DNA of 41,172 bases from contig CAYNVE010000002.1 in NCBI GenBank assembly GCA_964400635.1, positions 1-41,172 on the forward strand, written 5' to 3'. Within the stretch, counting starts at the first letter, position 1, and each line of letters opens with the position of its first letter. Below the pieces are notes generated by a model, which was given only the letters and a program-made list of their open reading frames with translations, made no database searches and was not told the origin of the DNA. The position numbers and the translations under genes were made by a program. This document shows, one piece after another, positions 28,928-37,147 of the stretch. The stretch is from an uncultured Lentisphaeraceae bacterium (GTDB lineage Bacteria; Verrucomicrobiota; Kiritimatiellia; RFP12; UBA1067).

Positions 28928-30121
28928 GTGATTCTCCGTCCCTTTGCCGCCGTCCGTCCGAACGAACAGGACGCCGCGCGCGTGGCTTCCGTCGCGTATG
29001 ATGTCGTCGACACGCAGGAGGCACGCCGCCTCGCCGCAGGCAACGCCAAGAGCTTTCTCCACGTCTCGCGCCCCGAGATCGACTTGGGCGCGGGGGCGGA
29101 CCCAACCTCCGACGAGGCGTACCAGAAGGCACGCGAGACGCTCGACACGTTCCGTGCGGACGGCACGCTCGTCAAGGAAGATCGGCCGATGTTCTATGCC
29201 TATCGCCAGACGATGGGCTCTCACGTTCAGACGGGCATCGTCGCGACATTCGACACGCAGGAATATCTCTCGGGCGTCTTGAAGCAGCACGAGAAGACGC
29301 GCAAGGACAAGGAGGATGACCGCACGCGCCACATCGAGGTTCTTGCGGCGCAGACGGGCCCCGCGTTTCTCACCTACCGCGATGACAAGGCGATTGACGA
29401 AATCGTCTTTGAGGCATGCCGCGAGACACCGCTTTATGATTTCACGGCCGAAGACGGCATCCGCCACACGGTCTGGAAGATGGCTGAGGCCTCTTCGTGC
29501 CGCGCCGACGAACTTCAGGAACTTTTCGCGCGCGTTCCCGTGGCCTACATTGCGGACGGCCACCATCGTAGCGCGGCCGCGAGTCGCTATGCGCGCGCGC
29601 ACGGCTTCGCGGGCGAGAGTCGCTATTTTCTCGCCGTCATTTTTCCTGCAAGCCAGCTGAAAATCCTTTCCTATAACCGCCTCGTCGCCGACTTGAACGG
29701 GCTCTCTGCTGAGGCGTTCATGTCTCGCGTTGCCGAAAAATTTGAGATTGGCGGCTTAGGCCCGCGCCATTGCCGTATGTATTTGGGTGGCGCGTGGGTT
29801 GACCTCGCGTGGAAAATCCCCGAAGGGGCGGATGCCGTCCATGCGCTTGATGTCTCCTATTTGCAGGACCATCTGCTTTCGCCCGTCCTCGGCATCGGCG
29901 ACCCGCGCACGGACAAACGCATCTCGTTTATGGGCGGCATTCGTGGCGTTGATGCGCTTGCGGCGAAGGTCGATGCGCGCGAGGCGGCCGTCGCGTTCGC
30001 GATGGAGCCGGTCACGGTCGAGGAGATGATGGCGATTGCGGATGCGGGGGGCATCATGCCGCCCAAGTCGACGTGGTTTGAGCCGAAGCTTCGGAGCGGC
30101 CTTTTTATCCACGAGGTCTAA
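28928..30121 (+). CDS. DUF1015 family protein
   Basis: MILRPFAAVRPN... N-terminus, HEKTRKDKEDDR and YIADGHHR motifs, all typical of DUF1015. GTG start. Confidence 0.75.
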   Translation: MILRPFAAVRPNEQDAARVASVAYDVVDTQEARRLAAGNAKSFLHVSRPEIDLGAGADPTSDEAYQKARETLDTFRADGTLVKEDRPMFYAYRQTMGSHVQTGIVATFDTQEYLSGVLKQHEKTRKDKEDDRTRHIEVLAAQTGPAFLTYRDDKAIDEIVFEACRETPLYDFTAEDGIRHTVWKMAEASSCRADELQELFARVPVAYIADGHHRSAAASRYARAHGFAGESRYFLAVIFPASQLKILSYNRLVADLNGLSAEAFMSRVAEKFEIGGLGPRHCRMYLGGAWVDLAWKIPEGADAVHALDVSYLQDHLLSPVLGIGDPRTDKRISFMGGIRGVDALAAKVDAREAAVAFAMEPVTVEEMMAIADAGGIMPPKSTWFEPKLRSGLFIHEV

Positions 30122-30134
30122 GGGTGCGGCGGTT

Positions 30135-30617
30135 ATGAAGTCTCTGAAAGCCTATGGCCATGACCTCTACGAGAAGATGGTGAAAGACCCTCTTCCGCCA
30201 GAGGATGTCGCCGCAGGCTGGGCGCTCGGTATGTTCGTCGGCTGCGCCGTCCCGTTCGGCCTCCAGCTTCTCGTCTCGATTCCTTTAGCGCTCATTATGC
30301 GCGTCTCGAAGATTGGCGCGACGGTCGGTACGCTCGTGACGAACCCTGTCACGATTTTCTTCATCTATCCCGCGCAGACATGGGCCGTCAACAAAATCCT
30401 TTTCGGTGGCTCGCTCTCGTTTGAGCGACTGATGGCCGTCGAGTGGACCTGGGAGAAGGTGCGCCAGCTCGGCGCGGAGGCGATGGTCTCGTTCTTCCTA
30501 GGTGGGCTCTTCCTCGCGATTATCCTCACGCCGATCACCTATTTCGTCGTCAAACGCATCGTCGTCACGCATCGGCGGCGGCGCGACAAAAAAGCAACAA
30601 TAACAGCAAACGAATAA
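30135..30617 (+). CDS. DUF2062-like small membrane protein
   Basis: About 160 aa. PEDVAAGWALGMFVGCAVPFGLQLLVSIPLALIMRVSKIGATVGTLVTNPVT fits the DUF2062 pattern. Basic C-terminal tail. Confidence 0.6.
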   Translation: MKSLKAYGHDLYEKMVKDPLPPEDVAAGWALGMFVGCAVPFGLQLLVSIPLALIMRVSKIGATVGTLVTNPVTIFFIYPAQTWAVNKILFGGSLSFERLMAVEWTWEKVRQLGAEAMVSFFLGGLFLAIILTPITYFVVKRIVVTHRRRRDKKATITANE

Positions 30618-30621
30618 CACC

Positions 30622-31521
30622 ATGAGAAAACTCATGATCGCTCTGGTGGCCCTGTCTTCGTTCGGCGCATTCGCCGAAGAGGAGGTTGAGGCCGAAAACG
30701 AAGGGGCTCCGATTTTCTGGGGCTTTGGAAATTACGGACTGTATTCGGGCTATCAGCTCTACGGTTCGCTCGTCAATGACAACCCGACGCTTCAGGGCTA
30801 TGTCGAGGGCAACGCGAACATCGGCGATCTCGGCTATGTCGGCATGGGCCTCTGGTCGAACACGGACCTGACGCCCCGTCGCCGTAACAACCAGATCGGC
30901 CAGGCGTTCAACGAGTACGACTTCAACGTCCACTTCGGTCGTACGTTCTGGTTCGACGATGACAAGACCTGGGGCCTCGTCTGGCGTTCGTCTATCGTGT
31001 GGTACTACTATCCGCCGAAGAACTACAAGGGGCCGCGTCATGATCATGACAACAATCACACGGCGACGACGTGGGACTTCAATCACTCCTTTGAACTGGC
31101 GAACCCCTACGTGACGCCGTACATCACGGCCGTGCGCGAATACTCGAAGGGCGCGAACCTCATCGTCTTCGGCGCGAAGAAGGTTCTTGCCGCGACGGAC
31201 GATCTCTCGCTCACGCCTTACATCGAGGGCGTCTGGCGCGAGGCGCAGTACAACTGGTGCTTCCCGACGGCGTTTGACAACGAGGTCGGCGGCGTCAAGC
31301 ACGCGAACTCGGGCATCGCGACGATGAAGATCGGCCTTGACGCGAATTATCAGCTGGGCGACCACTTTGGCCTTTTCGCGAAAGTCGCCTACTGCTGCGT
31401 CGTCGATCCGGATCTTCGCGACAACTGCGATGCGATCCGCGCGATGCCCTACGACTGGTACAGCTACGGTTCTCGCAAGGACTTCGCGTGGGGCGCGATT
31501 GGCGTCTCGTTTAACTTCTGA
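30622..31521 (+). CDS. outer-membrane beta-barrel protein (TorF/Gcw_chp-like putative porin)
   Basis: Signal peptide MRKLMIALVALSSFGAFA. Alternating aromatic/hydrophilic strands. PTLQGYVEG...GLWSN...NEYDFNVHFG resembles the Gcw_chp family. C-terminal GVSFNF ends in Phe. Confidence 0.6.
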   Translation: MRKLMIALVALSSFGAFAEEEVEAENEGAPIFWGFGNYGLYSGYQLYGSLVNDNPTLQGYVEGNANIGDLGYVGMGLWSNTDLTPRRRNNQIGQAFNEYDFNVHFGRTFWFDDDKTWGLVWRSSIVWYYYPPKNYKGPRHDHDNNHTATTWDFNHSFELANPYVTPYITAVREYSKGANLIVFGAKKVLAATDDLSLTPYIEGVWREAQYNWCFPTAFDNEVGGVKHANSGIATMKIGLDANYQLGDHFGLFAKVAYCCVVDPDLRDNCDAIRAMPYDWYSYGSRKDFAWGAIGVSFNF

Positions 31522-33716
31522 TGGCCACGCCAAAGAAGGGGAGTGAACCGCCGAGCCTGTTCGATCATCTCGACTTGTTCTCGGCGGAGGCCTCCGCGAA
31601 AGGGGGTCGGGGTGTGGGCGAGGGCGCGAAAGGTGCCCCCGCTCCCGCGCTTTCCGAGACGGAGCATCTGACGGGCAAGGGACCGCTCAAAGATCTCTAC
31701 GACTTCAACTTCCGTCACTACTCCGCCTACGTCATCTGCTCGCGCGCGATCCCGGCCGTCGAGGACGGCTTAAAGCCCGTGCAGCGGCGCATTCTCCATT
31801 CGCTCTGGGAGAAGGACGACGGCCGCTACACGAAGGTCGCGAATATCGTCGGCCACGCGATGCAGTATCACCCGCACGGCGATGCGTCGATCGGCGACGC
31901 ACTGTGCGTCTTGGCGAATAAACTTTGGGGCAAGGGCAAGGGTTATCTCATTGACGGTCAGGGCAACTACGGCTCGCTCTTCACGGGCATGCCGCACGCC
32001 GCGACGCGCTACATTGAGTGCCGCCTTACGGATCTCGCGCGCCAGGAGGTCTTCAACAAGAAGACAACGACATTTGTCCCCAACTATGATGGTCGTCGCG
32101 AAGAGCCGGTTTACTTGCCCGCCAAGATTCCGCTTCTTCTCATGCTCGGCGCGGACGGCATCGCGGTCGGGCTTTCAACGGCCATCTTGCCGCACAACTT
32201 CGGCGAGCTTCTTGAGGCCGAAATCGCGTGCCTCCAAAAGAAACCGTTCGCGCTTTATCCCGACTTCCAACTCGGCGGTGTCATGGACGTCTCGGACTAT
32301 CAGGACGGCCTCGGCAAAGTCAAGGTGCGCGCCGTCATCAAGAGCGAAGAGAAGAACCGCCTCGTCATCACGGAACTGCCCTGGGGCGAGACGACCGATT
32401 CGATTGCCGAGTCCATTGAAGAGGCGATCAAGAAGAAGAAAGTCGCCGTTCGCCACCTGAACGACCTCACCTCTGACTCCGTTCGCATCGAACTTGAACT
32501 TCAGGCGGGTGCGAACGTTGAGAAGACGATTTCCGCACTCTACGCCTTCACGCACTGCGAACGCTCGATTTCCTCGCGCCCCGTCGTGCTCGATGCGGGC
32601 CGTCCGAAGCTCATGACGGTTTCGGAAATTTTGAAGCATAACGTTGAGCGGCTCATGGCGCTTACGAAGCGCGAGCAGGAGATCCGCCTCGGCGAGCTGG
32701 ATGACCTTTTCCACGCGCGCACGCTTGACCGCATTTTCGTCGAGGAGCGCATCTACAAGCGCATTGAGACGGAGAAGACGCTTGAGGGCGTCTTGGCGAC
32801 AGTCAAGAAGGGCTTTGAGCCGTTCCGCAAGGAGTTGCGGCGCGATCTCGTTGATGAGGATGTCGAGCGGCTCTTGAAGATTCCAATTCGGCGCATTTCG
32901 CAGTTCGACATCGACAAGAACCGCGACGAGATTAAAGCCATCGAGCAGGAGGAGGCGGAGGTTCGCGACCACCTCGAGCATTTGCGCGCGTTCGTGATCA
33001 AGTACCTCAAGGGACTTCACAAGGAATACGCGAAGCGCTTCCCGCGCATGACAAAGATTGAGAAGGGCGCGTTCCGTCAGGTGGACGTGCGCGCCATCAC
33101 GGCGAGTGAGCTCACGATTCGCTGGGATCGCGAGAATAACTACGTGGGCGCGGGTCTGCGCGGCGGTGACGAACTTTTCAAGTGCTCTTCGCTGGACGAG
33201 TTGATCCTCGTCTGGAAGGACGGCCGCTATCGGAAGGTTCAGCCTGAGGACAAGATCTTTGTTGATAAGGACCTTCTCGCCGTCTTGCGCTACAATCAAG
33301 AGAAGGATCGCGAGACGCGCCACTTCACCTGCGTCTACGAAGACGGTGGCTACGGCTTTAGCTACATCAAGCGTTTCACGTTCGGCGGGCTCATTCGCAA
33401 CAAGGACTACCGTCTCGCGCCGGAGAAGCCGAAGTCGAAGATTCTCCTCTTCGCGGAGGGCTGCGGCGAGACGCTCTACGTCAAGTTCAAGCCGATGAAG
33501 GCGCAGAAGATTCATCAGCAGTTCTTCCGCCCGCTCGACCTCGTCGATCGCGTCGACCGCGAGACGGGCAAGACCGCGAAGAAGCCCGTTGTTGAGGTGC
33601 GCGCGGCGGGCGTGAAGGGCAAGCAGCTGACGACGAAGCCCATCCAGCGCATCGCCTTCTCGAAGGGCGCGTGGTGGGATGAGAAAGAGCCGCCGTCCAA
33701 GGGCATCCTCGACTAA
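31521..33716 (+). CDS. parC: type IIA topoisomerase subunit A (ParC/GyrA-like, short form)
   Basis: RAIPAVEDGLKPVQRRIL, QYHPHGDASI and the catalytic-Tyr context AATRYIECRLT. 731 aa. No partner B subunit lies in the window. Confidence 0.85.
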   Translation: MATPKKGSEPPSLFDHLDLFSAEASAKGGRGVGEGAKGAPAPALSETEHLTGKGPLKDLYDFNFRHYSAYVICSRAIPAVEDGLKPVQRRILHSLWEKDDGRYTKVANIVGHAMQYHPHGDASIGDALCVLANKLWGKGKGYLIDGQGNYGSLFTGMPHAATRYIECRLTDLARQEVFNKKTTTFVPNYDGRREEPVYLPAKIPLLLMLGADGIAVGLSTAILPHNFGELLEAEIACLQKKPFALYPDFQLGGVMDVSDYQDGLGKVKVRAVIKSEEKNRLVITELPWGETTDSIAESIEEAIKKKKVAVRHLNDLTSDSVRIELELQAGANVEKTISALYAFTHCERSISSRPVVLDAGRPKLMTVSEILKHNVERLMALTKREQEIRLGELDDLFHARTLDRIFVEERIYKRIETEKTLEGVLATVKKGFEPFRKELRRDLVDEDVERLLKIPIRRISQFDIDKNRDEIKAIEQEEAEVRDHLEHLRAFVIKYLKGLHKEYAKRFPRMTKIEKGAFRQVDVRAITASELTIRWDRENNYVGAGLRGGDELFKCSSLDELILVWKDGRYRKVQPEDKIFVDKDLLAVLRYNQEKDRETRHFTCVYEDGGYGFSYIKRFTFGGLIRNKDYRLAPEKPKSKILLFAEGCGETLYVKFKPMKAQKIHQQFFRPLDLVDRVDRETGKTAKKPVVEVRAAGVKGKQLTTKPIQRIAFSKGAWWDEKEPPSKGILD

Positions 33717-33728
33717 CGGGGAGGCGAG

Positions 33729-34730
33729 ATGAACGCGCATGTGATCATCGGCGAGGACGACTTTCTCGTGGAGGAGGCCGCGAAGAAGGCGATCGGTTCA
33801 ACGGAGGGGCTTGAGGTCATCGACTCCGTCAACGCGACGAACGCCGACTTGCAGATGGCTGACTTGCGCCGCGCCGAGGAGAGCGTTCTCACGCCACCCT
33901 TCCTTGAGCCGCGCAAGGCGACGTGGTGGAAGAACGTCCACTTCCTCCCGTCGGGCGGCGCGGGCGGTGGCGAGGCGCGCCTTTCGCAGGAGGTGAAGGA
34001 GGCGCTCGAAGCGTTTGCGAAGCGCCTCGCGAGCCTCGATCTCCCCGACAATCAGGTCTTCGTCCTCTCAGGTCCGCGCCTTCTTAAGACGTCGCTCTTC
34101 GCGAAGGCGCTTCTCGGCAAGGTCACATTCGCCGTCTTTTCGCCCTGTAAGCCGTGGGAGGAGGCGGCCGAGGCCGCGCGCCGCGCCGAGGCGTACGCGC
34201 GCGAAGAGGGGCTTTCTTTCGCGCCGCAAGCGGCCGCGCGCTTCGTCGCCATCGTGGGGACGGATGCGCGCTCGCTTAAAAGCGAAATCCAAAAACTTCG
34301 TGACTATCTCGGCGCGGCGGGTGCGACGATTCGGGCGGAGGACATGGCCGCCGTCTCGAGCCCGGGCGCGAAGGTTGAGGCGGAGGTGTGGGATCTGACC
34401 GACGCGATTGGACGGCGCAATCTTGCTGAGGCGCTGAAGGCCCTTCGCGTCTTCGCGCTTGAGAAGGGGTTCGCCGTCTTCATGAGCGGCATCGTTGAGA
34501 AGTTCTTCCGCCAGCTCATCGATGTGAAGGAAGGTCGCACGGGGGCGATGTCGCCCTACGCCGTTCGCAAGAACGAGGCGTTCGCGGCGAACTGGTCGCT
34601 CGCCGAACTGCGAACGGCGCGCGATCGCTTCTTTGCGCTCCGCGAGGCGGTTGTCTCGGGGACCACGGCGGGCGAGGAGCTCATCGTCATTGAGCTTACG
34701 CGCGCCCTTCGCCGACCGTCGTCGCGATAA
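33729..34730 (+). CDS. holA: DNA polymerase III delta subunit-like protein
   Basis: 333 aa. It has a delta-like N-terminus (VIIGEDDFLVEEAAKKAI) and a helical C-terminal half. The assignment rests on overall pattern only. Confidence 0.5.
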   Translation: MNAHVIIGEDDFLVEEAAKKAIGSTEGLEVIDSVNATNADLQMADLRRAEESVLTPPFLEPRKATWWKNVHFLPSGGAGGGEARLSQEVKEALEAFAKRLASLDLPDNQVFVLSGPRLLKTSLFAKALLGKVTFAVFSPCKPWEEAAEAARRAEAYAREEGLSFAPQAAARFVAIVGTDARSLKSEIQKLRDYLGAAGATIRAEDMAAVSSPGAKVEAEVWDLTDAIGRRNLAEALKALRVFALEKGFAVFMSGIVEKFFRQLIDVKEGRTGAMSPYAVRKNEAFAANWSLAELRTARDRFFALREAVVSGTTAGEELIVIELTRALRRPSSR

Positions 34731-35865
34731 GCTTTTCGCCGTCGGCGCGCACAACGCGCGCGCGAACGAGCGACTTGCGCGGCGTCGCGCGCGCGTCCTG
34801 AAGCGAGCAGGGGAGATACGCGCCCGTCCAGCCGCTCCTTTTTTCCGCGTCCTCGATGACGAGCATCACGTCGCGATTGACGAAGCGCGAGGCGAAGACG
34901 GCGCGCTTTTCGGCGGCGAGGACGGCGAGCGCGTGTGCGCGGCGATGGCGGAGGTCGTGTGGGACGGCGTGCGGGAAGGCCACCGCCTTCGTCCCAGGTC
35001 GCTCGGAGTAGGGAAAGATATGGGCGTTCGAAAACGGCAGGCGCAGGAGGAGACTCTTCGTCTCGAGGAAGTCATTCTCACTCTCGCCTGGAAAGCCCGT
35101 CATCAGGTCGCACCCAAGCCCCATGAGCGGGTTTGTCTCGATGGCCTTCTCGACGAGAGATTCTACTTCACGGACGGGGTAGGGGCGGTTCATCGCGCGC
35201 AGGATGACATTTGAGCCAGACTGGACGGGGATGTGAAGAAAGGGCGCGATGGTCTGTGGGTGCGCCTTGAAAACGTCAAGGACGCGGAGGGCTGTCGCGC
35301 CTGGTTCTAGCGAGCCGAGGCGGATGCGGCAGTCGTCCGCGAGTGAGGCGAGTGCGTCAAGGAGGTCGTCGAGGCGCTTCCCCTCGGAGGCGTAGAGCGC
35401 AAGATTGCAGCCCGTGAGAACGATCTCGTGGTAGCCCGCGTCGATGAAGCGGCGCGCGCGGTCGAGAACGTCGCTGAAGGGCGTCGAGACGGAGGAGCCG
35501 CGAAAGGTCGGCACGATGCAAAATGTGCAACGACCGCTACAGCCGTCTTGGCACTTGAGGTAGGCGCGGGCGGTGCGCGTGGGGAGGGTATCGTGGGCGT
35601 GGTCTTCTCGCGTCGTCTTGACGGCATCCTTGAGGCAACCGACGATACGAAAACGCGCCTTCGGGTTCGTCGCGCGCAACTGGGCGATGCGCTTTTCCGA
35701 GTCACGCTCGGCGCGCCGCGTCACGCTACAGCCGCGCACAACGATGAGGTCGGCTTGGCGCGCGTCGTCTGTCCATTCCCAGCCGCGCGCGAGATAGTCC
35801 GCCTCGTCGTCGAGTGCCTCGGCGCGGTTGAGGCGGCAGCCGAATGTCTCAAAGAAGACCTTCAT
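34696..35865 (-). CDS. mtaB: radical-SAM methylthiotransferase (MiaB/RimO/MtaB family; MtaB-like)
   Basis: MTTase N-domain MKVFFETFGCRLN...VVRGCSVT. Radical-SAM cluster CSGRCTFC. TRAM-like C-terminus. ATG 35865 overlaps the upstream stop (ATGA). The 3' end overlaps holA convergently by 35 nt. Confidence 0.85.
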   Translation of the reverse strand: MKVFFETFGCRLNRAEALDDEADYLARGWEWTDDARQADLIVVRGCSVTRRAERDSEKRIAQLRATNPKARFRIVGCLKDAVKTTREDHAHDTLPTRTARAYLKCQDGCSGRCTFCIVPTFRGSSVSTPFSDVLDRARRFIDAGYHEIVLTGCNLALYASEGKRLDDLLDALASLADDCRIRLGSLEPGATALRVLDVFKAHPQTIAPFLHIPVQSGSNVILRAMNRPYPVREVESLVEKAIETNPLMGLGCDLMTGFPGESENDFLETKSLLLRLPFSNAHIFPYSERPGTKAVAFPHAVPHDLRHRRAHALAVLAAEKRAVFASRFVNRDVMLVIEDAEKRSGWTGAYLPCSLQDARATPRKSLVRARVVRADGEKLIATTVGEGRA

Positions 35866-36404
35866 TCGACAGGGATGACGAAGAGAAGGACGAGATTCGT
35901 CAAATTGAAAAGCGCGTGCAGGAGCATCGGGCATCCGATGCGGTCTGTTTTTTCGTAGAGTCGGCACTGCGCGAGGCCGAAGAAGAAGAGCGCGAGAAAC
36001 GCCGCATCGGGCCAGGGCTGCGTCAGATAGTGCGCGGCGGAAAAGAGCGTGGCGGAGACGAGCGCGGCGAGGACGGTCGCGACTGTGACGAGTCGGCAGG
36101 TCGCTCGGTGCGCGGCGATTTTTTTCGTCGCCCAGATGGGGAGTTTAAAGAGGAGACCGCGAAAGAGGAGTTCTTCGAGCGCGGGCGCGAGGATGATGAT
36201 TTGTGCGACGAGAAATGCGGCACCGAGGAAGTGGCGAGGCGAGGCGAAAGCGTTCTCGAGGACGTGCGCGACGATGTGGACGTTCTGTTGGTCGGGGAGG
36301 TCGAACCCGAGCCACGCCGCGACAGTCTTCGTGAGGTAGCAGAGAGCAATTGTCGCGGCTGTGACGACGGGCCAAGCCTTGAGCGTCAAGAGAAGTGATT
36401 TCAT
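35862..36404 (-). CDS. CPBP-family (CAAX-type) intramembrane glutamic protease
   Basis: Motifs LEELLFRG, FSAAHY and HALFNL. The start is taken at ATG 36404 (MKSLLLTLK), which sits directly downstream of a promoter. The ORF-track start at 36497 would read through the promoter. Confidence 0.8.
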   Translation of the reverse strand: MKSLLLTLKAWPVVTAATIALCYLTKTVAAWLGFDLPDQQNVHIVAHVLENAFASPRHFLGAAFLVAQIIILAPALEELLFRGLLFKLPIWATKKIAAHRATCRLVTVATVLAALVSATLFSAAHYLTQPWPDAAFLALFFFGLAQCRLYEKTDRIGCPMLLHALFNLTNLVLLFVIPVE

Positions 36405-36411
36405 GCCGTTT

Positions 36412-36420
36412 ATTATATCA
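36412..36420 (-). promoter_or_regulatory. extended -10 element (TG)TGATATAAT on the minus strand; hexamer ends 8 nt before ATG 36404 (leaderless)
   Basis: The minus strand reads ctGTGATATAATaaacggcATG. Confidence 0.5.
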
Positions 36421-36445
36421 CAGTCGCGCACCCCTCTTTTCGGGT

Positions 36446-36472
36446 CCTTTATGGTCTTTATGTTCTTTATGG
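36446..36472. repeat. three tandem 9-bp repeats (C/T)CTTTATG(G/T) in the divergent intergenic region
   Basis: cctttatgg tctttatgt tctttatgg. Confidence 0.85.
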
Positions 36473-36484
36473 TTAAAAGACGAT

Positions 36485-36503
36485 AGATGCCTGTCAAGAT
36501 GCC
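36485..36503. promoter_or_regulatory. direct repeat AGATGCC-N5-AGATGCC abutting the -35 of the Tad-like operon promoter (candidate operator)
   Basis: atAGATGCCtgtcaAGATGCCTTTACA. The centre-to-centre distance is 12 bp. Confidence 0.4.
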
Positions 36504-36533
36504 TTTACACGAACCCCTTAAAATTGATACAAT
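36504..36533 (+). promoter_or_regulatory. promoter of the Tad-like cluster: -35 TTTACA, 18-nt spacer, extended -10 TGATACAAT
   Basis: TTTACAcgaaccccttaaaatTGATACAAT. This leaves an untranslated leader of about 55-60 nt before the peptidase start. Confidence 0.45.
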
Positions 36534-36594
36534 ATGCGTTAAAGGCGAAAGGAAGATGCTGAATTCGACAGTCAGAATTTGACAACTTGATCAT

Positions 36595-37143
36595 GTGCAA
36601 ATGACCTCCTGGCATATTTCCTTCATCGCGCTTCCTTTCCTCTTCGCGTTTGCGATCTACGGCGAGGTGCTGAAGCGGCGCATTCCAAATGTTTTGACGC
36701 TCGCCGCCATGGCGTTTGGCCTCGGTGCCGCGCTGATTGAGAATGGGCTTCCGGGCCTCAAGGAGTCTGCGCTCGGCCTTTTGATCGGCGGCGGTGTCTT
36801 TCTGCCGTTTTGTCTCTTCGGGCTCGTGGGTGGCGGCGACATGAAATTGATGGCCGCGACGGGCGCGATCATCGGCTATCCGCTCGTCTTGCGCGCACTC
36901 ACCGATACGTGCATCGCAGGCGGGCTTCTCGCCGTCGGCATCGCCGCGTGGAACGGGACGCTCTTAAGCGCATTCGCGTCGGCCTTTCGTATCATCTTCG
37001 GCGCGAAGAGAAAACGCGACGAGAAGAAGACTGAGGCCTCGGCGGAGGATGCGGGCGACGCGCGGCATCCCCTGCCCGTCATGATTCCCTACGGCCTCGC
37101 CATCGCGGCGGGAACGCTCTACACCATCTTCACGGGGGCGTAA
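36595..37143 (+). CDS. A24-family prepilin peptidase (CpaA/TadV type)
   Basis: YGEVLKRRIPN (first active-site region) and LVGGGDMKLMAATGAIIGYP (GxGD second active site). About 180 aa and polytopic. The start is GTG 36595 or ATG 36601, and no obvious SD is present. Confidence 0.85.
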   Translation: MQMTSWHISFIALPFLFAFAIYGEVLKRRIPNVLTLAAMAFGLGAALIENGLPGLKESALGLLIGGGVFLPFCLFGLVGGGDMKLMAATGAIIGYPLVLRALTDTCIAGGLLAVGIAAWNGTLLSAFASAFRIIFGAKRKRDEKKTEASAEDAGDARHPLPVMIPYGLAIAAGTLYTIFTGA

Positions 37144-37147
37144 GACG

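Noticed and set aside
31521-33716. ParC/GyrA-type subunit without an adjacent B subunit and shorter than classical GyrA, as a possible novel topoisomerase.
   Set aside because: The catalytic Tyr context and the QRRIL and YHPHGD motifs are intact. Unlinked A and B subunits, and short ParC forms, are common.
36556-36582. Eight-codon upstream ORF (MLNSTVRI) in the leader of the Tad-like operon, as a possible leader peptide.
   Set aside because: It is too short and has no rare-codon or attenuator-like features. The only SD-like sequence (ggaag) abuts the ATG directly. No alternative hairpins are evident. It is probably coincidental.
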